From: an uncultured Gemmatimonadales bacterium
Lineage (GTDB): Bacteria; Gemmatimonadota; Gemmatimonadetes; Gemmatimonadales; GWC2-71-9
Direction of reading: 5' to 3'
NCBI GenBank assembly: GCA_963821525.1
Contig: CAWGED010000019.1
Location: forward strand, 864,001-928,000
DNA: 64,000 nucleotides
Under the pieces are notes generated by a model. It ran no database searches, was not told the DNA's origin, and worked only from the letters and a program-made list of their open reading frames with translations. Of this stretch, positions 58,510 through 64,000 are shown in pieces (within the stretch, counting starts at the first letter, position 1; every line of letters begins with the position of its first letter). The position numbers and the translations under genes are program-made.

Positions 58510-59311
58510 ATCAATCCCTTTACATCTCCCCTCGGCTCGCTTTCGGTTCCGGCCAGCTTTCTGGTCAGTGCGGCCATTGCTTTGATCGCCTTTGGCTTCC
58601 ACGCCCTGACCGGGTTCGGCGCCTTGGCCGCGACCGCCATCGGGAGCGCCATCCTCATCGGAACCGGGCTCCCCGGTGGGGCTGCGCTCCTCACGTTCTT
58701 TATAGGAAGCAGTATCGTATCCCGGGTAAGCCCGGATCCCGCCAGCCGGCTGGGGGCAAAGGGCTCCCGCCGCGACCATTGGCAGGTGCTGGCCAATGGC
58801 GGGGTGGCGGCGGCCGGGGCGCTCCTCGGAGCGGGACCAGGCCTCTGGATCGTTACTGCGAGCCTGGCGGTGGCTGCCGCTGATACCTGGGCGACTTCGA
58901 TCGGTGCGTGGAGTCCGAGTCCGCCTCGTCACCTGCTTAGTGGAAAGGTGGTCCCGCCCGGGACCAGCGGGGGTATTACACTCCTCGGAACGCTGGGAGC
59001 GCTGGCGGGAGCGGTCGATGGTCGCCGGGGTGGGAGCATGGGTATCCCACCAAGGTTGGCTTCTTCCTGTCGCCACGATGGTAGGTATCGCCGGAATGCT
59101 GGCAGACTCGGCGCTGGGAGCAGGGCTGCAGGGACGGTTCTATTGCGCTCAATGCAGGGAAGACACCGAGCGTAGAGTGCATCACTGTGGGACGCGCAGC
59201 GTACCGCGCGGAGGGTTGCCATGGCTGAACAACGATGGAGTCAACGCGCTGGCCACGGCACTCGGTGGAATGGCCGGCTGGGCTGGCTGGTGGTTGCTGG
59301 GCTCGCGCTGA
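58510..59311 (+). CDS. DUF92 / TMEM19 family membrane protein; frameshift near 59015
   Basis: RDHWQVLANGG, AAADTWATSIG, VPPGTSGGITLLG, then DSALGA..Q..C..C..HHCG..WLNNDGVN. Start uncertain. Confidence 0.82.
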
Positions 59312-59778
59312 GTATTGCCGCCTGCACGGCCGACGCTCGTGATCCTGTTGGCATTACTCCACCGAATGATCCGGGGACGACCAGCGGCGGTGGTGGAGAC
59401 GGAGGGACCGGGGGCGGTGGGACGGGCGGTGGCGGCACCGGAGGCGGTGGCACCTCGATGGGTGGTTCGGCGGCCGAGGCTCTGGTCGGCGCCTGGGAGA
59501 ACGTGGTTGCGATCGAGATGTCCGGCGACTTCCAGACCGTCAGGACCCGCTGGGATTTTCGCGACAGTGGAGGCTGTCGTCAGACCGTGAGCACCTTCTC
59601 CGTGCTGGACGGGATGACCTTTGTCACGGTCCGAGACTGCATCTTCACGATCAACAACGGCAACGTGGTCATCAGCTTCACTGACGCGATGGCGTCGGTC
59701 AGCTTCTCGCTGAGCTTCCCCCAGTTCACTCGCGATCGCATTCTCCTCGGCGGCATCCCCTTCGATCGCACCGCCTGA
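59221..59778 (+). CDS. Hypothetical lipoprotein with Gly/Thr-rich linker and small beta domain
   Basis: Lipobox IAA|C, (GGGGT)n linker, lipocalin-like LVGAW motif. Start uncertain. Confidence 0.6.
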   Translation: MAEQRWSQRAGHGTRWNGRLGWLVVAGLALSIAACTADARDPVGITPPNDPGTTSGGGGDGGTGGGGTGGGGTGGGGTSMGGSAAEALVGAWENVVAIEMSGDFQTVRTRWDFRDSGGCRQTVSTFSVLDGMTFVTVRDCIFTINNGNVVISFTDAMASVSFSLSFPQFTRDRILLGGIPFDRTA

Positions 59779-59785
59779 GGCACGC

Positions 59786-61000
59786 GTGACCAAAGCCGGG
59801 GTCGACGTCCTAGTCGTAGGCGCGGGACCGGCGGGCAGTGCTACGACCTGGCATCTCGCGCGCCAGGGCTATCGAGTGGTCGCGGTAGATCGGGCGACCT
59901 TCCCCCGTGAAAAAGCATGCTCCGAGTACATGAGTCCGGAGGCAGTCCGGCTGCTCGACCGGCTTGGGGTAGTTGCGACGCTGGAAGCCGCAGGCGCGGC
60001 CCCGCTCTACGGCACCACCGTCATCGGTCCTGCCGGAAGCCGGCTGACCGGATTGTTCGCGCGAGCAGGTGTGACCCTGACCCGAAACGCCGGTTTCTCG
60101 ATCGCTCGGCGAATTCTCGACCAGCAACTGGTTGACGCGGCCCGCAGCGCTGGCGGAGAGGTGCTGGATGGTGTGGGTCTGGAAGCTCTCCTTTATGAAA
60201 ACGGCGGCGTGGGCGGCGCCGTGCTCCGCGATGCCGCCGGCCGCAGACGGACAATTCGCGCGCGCCTCACCATCGGCGCCGATGGTCTTCGCTCGCTGGT
60301 AGCGCGCCGGATCGGGCGCCGGACTCATGGTCGGCTATCACGGATGGCCTTCGTCGCTCATGTCGCTGGCGTCCCCGGAATGGGCGATGTGGCTGAGATG
60401 CATGTGGGTCGCTCGGGATACGTCGGACTCAATCGACTGGGCAAAGGCGTGACCAATGTCGCGCTGGTCGTTCCTCGATCTCTCGCGGGCCAGGCAAAAG
60501 GGCGGGCCACCGCATTCTTTCAGGAGCAACTCGAGCTCTTCCCCGGAGTGCGCGGGCGAGTCCCGCGAGATGGTATCGTTCGCGAAGTCCTCGTCACGGG
60601 ACCCTTCGCCGCCTGGTCCGGCAGAGTCGTAACCGACGGCGCGCTCCTCGTGGGCGACGCTGCCGACTTCTTCGATCCCTTTACCGGTGAAGGCATCTAC
60701 TCCGCGCTGCGGGGTGCCGAGCTGGCGACAGACGCAGCCGTGGAAGCGCTTCATCGTCCCGGCCAGGTCGCCGCATCCCGACTTGCCGGGTACGTTGGAG
60801 CACGCAAGCGAGCGTTTGCCGGAAAGTGGGCCCTGGAACGCCTCATCGGGTACGCCATGCTGTTACCACCTCTGTTCGATCGCGCCGTGGAGCGGCTGGA
60901 GCGCCGCGGACTGTCGCATACCCTGATTGGCGCGACGGGAGACCTGCTGCCCGCCCGCCAGGTATTGCATCCCGGTTTCCTGGCCAGGATGGTCCTCTGA
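59786..61000 (+). CDS. FAD-dependent oxidoreductase (geranylgeranyl reductase / aromatic hydroxylase-like)
   Basis: DVLVVGAGPAG, FPREKACSE, RRILD, GADG, LVGDAA..DPFTGEGI. Confidence 0.88.
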   Translation: MTKAGVDVLVVGAGPAGSATTWHLARQGYRVVAVDRATFPREKACSEYMSPEAVRLLDRLGVVATLEAAGAAPLYGTTVIGPAGSRLTGLFARAGVTLTRNAGFSIARRILDQQLVDAARSAGGEVLDGVGLEALLYENGGVGGAVLRDAAGRRRTIRARLTIGADGLRSLVARRIGRRTHGRLSRMAFVAHVAGVPGMGDVAEMHVGRSGYVGLNRLGKGVTNVALVVPRSLAGQAKGRATAFFQEQLELFPGVRGRVPRDGIVREVLVTGPFAAWSGRVVTDGALLVGDAADFFDPFTGEGIYSALRGAELATDAAVEALHRPGQVAASRLAGYVGARKRAFAGKWALERLIGYAMLLPPLFDRAVERLERRGLSHTLIGATGDLLPARQVLHPGFLARMVL

Positions 61001-61488
61001 TCGTCCCCGACATTGATCGCGCCGTCTTCCGGCGGCTCCTTGGCCGGTTCGCGACCGGGGTCACCATCCTCACTGCAAGGGACGGGCAAGGCAGGATTGC
61101 CGGGATGACCGCCAACAGCCTGGCCTCGGTTTCCTTGGCGCCGCCTCTGGTCTCCGTCTGCGTCGAACGCCTCGCTGAGATGCACCAGGTGCTGAACGGC
61201 GCCACGCGATACGTCCTCAACGTCCTGAGCGAGGCACAGGAAAGCCTGTCCCGCCGGTTTGCCGAATTGCCCGTTGCCGAGAGATTCCATGGTGTGCCCT
61301 ATCGGGAGACGGAGAACGGGCTGATCGTGCTCGAGGGAGTGCTGGCCCACATCGAGTGCGAGCGGTTTGCCGATTTTCCGCTCGGCGATCACACGCTATT
61401 CGTCGGTCGAGTAACTGGCGGTGCATCTGGAGAGGGAGCCCCGCTGCTCTACTATCGCGGCAACTACGGTTCCATGAGATCACTGTGA
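60997..61488 (+). CDS. Flavin reductase-like (HpaC/DIM6) protein
   Basis: FRRLLGRFATGVTILT..GMTANS..SVSLAPPLV..GDHTLFVG..PLLYYRG; no ATG/GTG/TTG at the expected start. Confidence 0.85.
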   Translation: MIVPDIDRAVFRRLLGRFATGVTILTARDGQGRIAGMTANSLASVSLAPPLVSVCVERLAEMHQVLNGATRYVLNVLSEAQESLSRRFAELPVAERFHGVPYRETENGLIVLEGVLAHIECERFADFPLGDHTLFVGRVTGGASGEGAPLLYYRGNYGSMRSL

Positions 61489-62177
61489 ACGGCGTCGAGC
61501 TTGCCACGATCGGCCGGGAACTGCTGGATGATCCGGCCGCCGATCCCGCCGCGGTCCGGGAGTCACTGCACCACATCGCCCGATCGAATCGCTGGTTTGG
61601 CGGTCGTCAAGCTGTTCGTCACGGTCTCGCCCGGCTGTGCCAAGGCCTGCCCGGCGGCATGACACTCACGATGCTGGACGTCGGCACCGGACTCGGCGAT
61701 CTCCCTCTGGACGCCGTGAAGTGGGGTGCCGGTCGCGGCATCCGCCTGGTTCCGTTCGGGCTCGAACGGAGTCGCCCGGCCGCAGTGCTCGCTCGGGACG
61801 CCGGGCTTCCGATGATCCTGGGATGTGCCGGTGCGCTGCCGATCAAGCATCGCTCGGTGGACATCGTGGTGTTGAGTCAGGTCGCTCACCACATGCACAG
61901 CGACGCAGTCATGAGGATGGCCCGGGAGTTCACCATGGTCGCCAGGGTCGGCGTTGTACTGGCGGACCTCCGCCGCTCCCGGCTGGCGATGATCGGTTTC
62001 TGGTTCGGCTCGCGAATGCTCCGCTTCGATCCAGCGACGCGCGCCGACGGCCTCACCTCCGTGAGGCGCAGCTACACCCGGATCGAACTGAAAACCCTGC
62101 TCTCCCGGGCCGGAATCGATGCGAACGTCGAACAGCGTCCCGGGTTCCGGCTCGTCGCGACGTGGCGCTCGGGATGA
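61485..62177 (+). CDS. SAM-dependent methyltransferase domain protein
   Basis: GTG start overlapping the upstream stop; ELLDD..SNRWFGG, LDVGTGLGD, VAHH, DLRR, DGLTSVRRSY. Confidence 0.82.
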   Translation: MNGVELATIGRELLDDPAADPAAVRESLHHIARSNRWFGGRQAVRHGLARLCQGLPGGMTLTMLDVGTGLGDLPLDAVKWGAGRGIRLVPFGLERSRPAAVLARDAGLPMILGCAGALPIKHRSVDIVVLSQVAHHMHSDAVMRMAREFTMVARVGVVLADLRRSRLAMIGFWFGSRMLRFDPATRADGLTSVRRSYTRIELKTLLSRAGIDANVEQRPGFRLVATWRSG

Positions 62178-62653
62178 AGACCGTGGATGAGCGGCGCATG
62201 CGCGCGCCGGCCGACTTGGTGTTCAAGGCCGCGAGCGAGGTCGAGCGCTGGCCCGAATGGCTCACGCATTATCGCTGGGTCCGGATTCTCGAACGTCGCG
62301 CCGGAAGCGTCGTCGTCGAGATGGCGGCATGGAGACCATTCCCTGTAGGTAAATACCCTACATGGTGGGTATCCGAGATGTGGGTGAAACCGGCCGATCT
62401 TGAAGTCCGATACCGACATATCCGAGGGGTGACAAAAGGGATGGACGTCGTATGGCGGCTGGTGCCCTCCGGCGAATCAACGGACGTCTCCATTATTCAT
62501 GAGTGGGACGGCCCCCGCTGGCCCGTGATCGGGCGGCCGGCGGCGGAACTGGTGATCGGGCCGGTGTTTGTGCACGGCATCGCGTCGCGAACGCTGGCGG
62601 GAATAGCCCGTCACGTAGAAAAAGCCGCGATGGGAACAGCAGCGACGCCGTGA
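62174..62653 (+). CDS. SRPBCC / polyketide cyclase-aromatase family protein
   Basis: APADLVF..DVERWPEWL-type motif (EVERWPEWLTHY), WWVS, GMDVVWRL. Confidence 0.75.
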   Translation: MKTVDERRMRAPADLVFKAASEVERWPEWLTHYRWVRILERRAGSVVVEMAAWRPFPVGKYPTWWVSEMWVKPADLEVRYRHIRGVTKGMDVVWRLVPSGESTDVSIIHEWDGPRWPVIGRPAAELVIGPVFVHGIASRTLAGIARHVEKAAMGTAATP

Positions 62654-62678
62654 TGAGCTAAGCAATACAAGAGGTAAC

Positions 62679-63926
62679 ATGGAAAATCAGAGAAGGGTCG
62701 TCATCACTGGAATCGGGGCCATCACTCCCATCGGCATTGGAGTGGACGCCGTGTGGGACGGCCTGCGGAGCCGCCGCTCGGCAGTACGGGAAATCACTCG
62801 CTTTGATGCATCACCATTCAAGTCGCGGATCGCCGCTCAAGTCGACGACTTCCATCCCACCGATCACATCGAGGAGCGCCGGGCCCGGCGGCTCGATCGC
62901 TACTCGATGTTCAGCGTGGCAGCGACCCGGATGGCGCTCAAGGACGCCGAAATTGATCTCGCGAAAGAGGATCGGGACCGGATTGGCGCGATGATGGGGA
63001 CGGCGCTGGGCGGCATCGCTCGGGCCGAAGCCGAGCACCGCCACTTCGTCGAAGGCGGAGTGCGGGCGGTAGAGCCAACGCTCGCGCTGCAGGTCTACGC
63101 CGGCGCGGCGAGTTGCAATATCGCAATAGAGTTCGGGGTTTGCGGACCCAATTCGACCAACGGGATGAGCTGTGCTTCAGGCACCATCGCGGTGGGCGAT
63201 GGCTTCCGCGCCATTGCACGGGGCGATGCGGACGTCATGGTAGCCGGCGGCGCGGAAGCTCCGCTGGCACCACTCTGCTTCGCCGCGTTTGCCATCATCC
63301 GGGCGATGTCTACCCGGAATGATGATCCTGCGACGGCCAGCCGTCCTTTCGACCGGCATCGCGATGGGTTCGTGATGGGGGAAGGCTCTGCGATTGTGGT
63401 TCTCGAGGAGCGGAATCGCGCGCTCAGCAGAGGCGCAAAGATCTACGCCGAGGTATGTGGGTACGGGCTCACCAATGACGCGTTCCATATGACTCAGCCG
63501 CGTCCCGATGCCCGCCAGGCGGCTCGCGCCATGTCCCTCGCGCTAGCCGAAGCGCGACTGACTCCCGGCGAGGTGGGGTACCTCAATGCGCACGGGTCCT
63601 CGACTCCGCTCAATGACCCGACGGAGACCGCGGCAATCAAGCAGGTGTTCGGAGAAGCCAGCAAGAGTCTCTTGCTGAGTGGGACCAAGGGCTACTATGG
63701 CCACGCCCTCGGCGCGAGCGGAGCGTTCGAAACTGTCATTTGTGCCTTGGCAAGCAGCCACCGGTGGCTTCCGCCGACGGTCAACCTCGCCGATCCCGAC
63801 CCGGCCTGTGACCTGGACTATATCGCCGGCGAAGGCCGCGAGGCCGATCCGGAATTCATCCTCACCAACTCGTTCGGTTTTGGAGGGATTAACGCCAGCC
63901 TGGTTCTCCGCCGAAACGACCCCTAG
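62679..63926 (+). CDS. Beta-ketoacyl-ACP synthase (FabF-like / type II PKS KS-like)
   Basis: RRVVITGIG, catalytic SCASG, SRPFD..DGFVMGEG, NAHGSST, GHALGA, NSFGFGG. Confidence 0.92.
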   Translation: MENQRRVVITGIGAITPIGIGVDAVWDGLRSRRSAVREITRFDASPFKSRIAAQVDDFHPTDHIEERRARRLDRYSMFSVAATRMALKDAEIDLAKEDRDRIGAMMGTALGGIARAEAEHRHFVEGGVRAVEPTLALQVYAGAASCNIAIEFGVCGPNSTNGMSCASGTIAVGDGFRAIARGDADVMVAGGAEAPLAPLCFAAFAIIRAMSTRNDDPATASRPFDRHRDGFVMGEGSAIVVLEERNRALSRGAKIYAEVCGYGLTNDAFHMTQPRPDARQAARAMSLALAEARLTPGEVGYLNAHGSSTPLNDPTETAAIKQVFGEASKSLLLSGTKGYYGHALGASGAFETVICALASSHRWLPPTVNLADPDPACDLDYIAGEGREADPEFILTNSFGFGGINASLVLRRNDP

Positions 63927-64000
63927 AGCGCCGGGGGACCACCGTTTACAGTTCACCGTCCCTTAAGCGGCCTTCACCCTTTCCTCCCGGAGCCATGGCG

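Noticed and set aside
59385..59460. GGCGGT-rich repeat as a DNA element
   Set aside because: Explained by the (GGGGT)n linker of the lipoprotein.
62679..63926. Housekeeping fabF assignment
   Set aside because: No acpP, fabG or fabD context and neighbours are tailoring-type enzymes; symbol withheld pending phylogeny.

Overview
High-GC bacterial chromosomal window. Gene content (Ser/Thr kinase-TPR paralogues, SprA, PorV-like, GWxTD, pilBTC) suggests Gemmatimonadota, which is an inference. About 14 otherwise intact genes are split by single-base frameshifts, most plausibly long-read assembly indels, so several genes were rebuilt by eye across ORF-track fragments. Left to right: an mhqR/E/D-like quinone detoxification cluster; esterase and TrxC; two tandem 722-aa Ser/Thr kinase-TPR genes sharing a near-identical ~830 bp kinase block; a PAS-GGDEF-EAL gene with a sigma54-type promoter; a five-gene operon (Ser/Thr kinase, HtrA, NTT/Npt transporter, secreted Omp85 protein with an atypical kinase-like N-terminal domain, NTT-HEAT fusion); pilB-pilT-pilC and comEA; a glutaminyl-cyclase-like M28 lipoprotein; sprA; lptFG; nadBAC; an APC permease; a ctaA-ctaB fusion; an ABC exporter; a TonB receptor / T9SS-CTD protein / PorV / GWxTD / lipoprotein operon; M24 peptidase; V4R-like and DUF92 proteins; and the start of a small FAD-oxidoreductase / flavin reductase / methyltransferase / cyclase / ketosynthase cluster. 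Best candidates for undescribed biology: (1) the NTT plus kinase-like-Omp85 operon (possible periplasmic phosphorylation supplied by nucleotide translocases), (2) a T9SS-like SprA/PorV/CTD system coupled to a TonB receptor outside Bacteroidota, with a Q-rule signature, (3) paired inverted 7-bp tandem arrays at gene junctions, (4) the ketosynthase/cyclase cluster. No rRNA, tRNA, CRISPR array or transposase was recognised.
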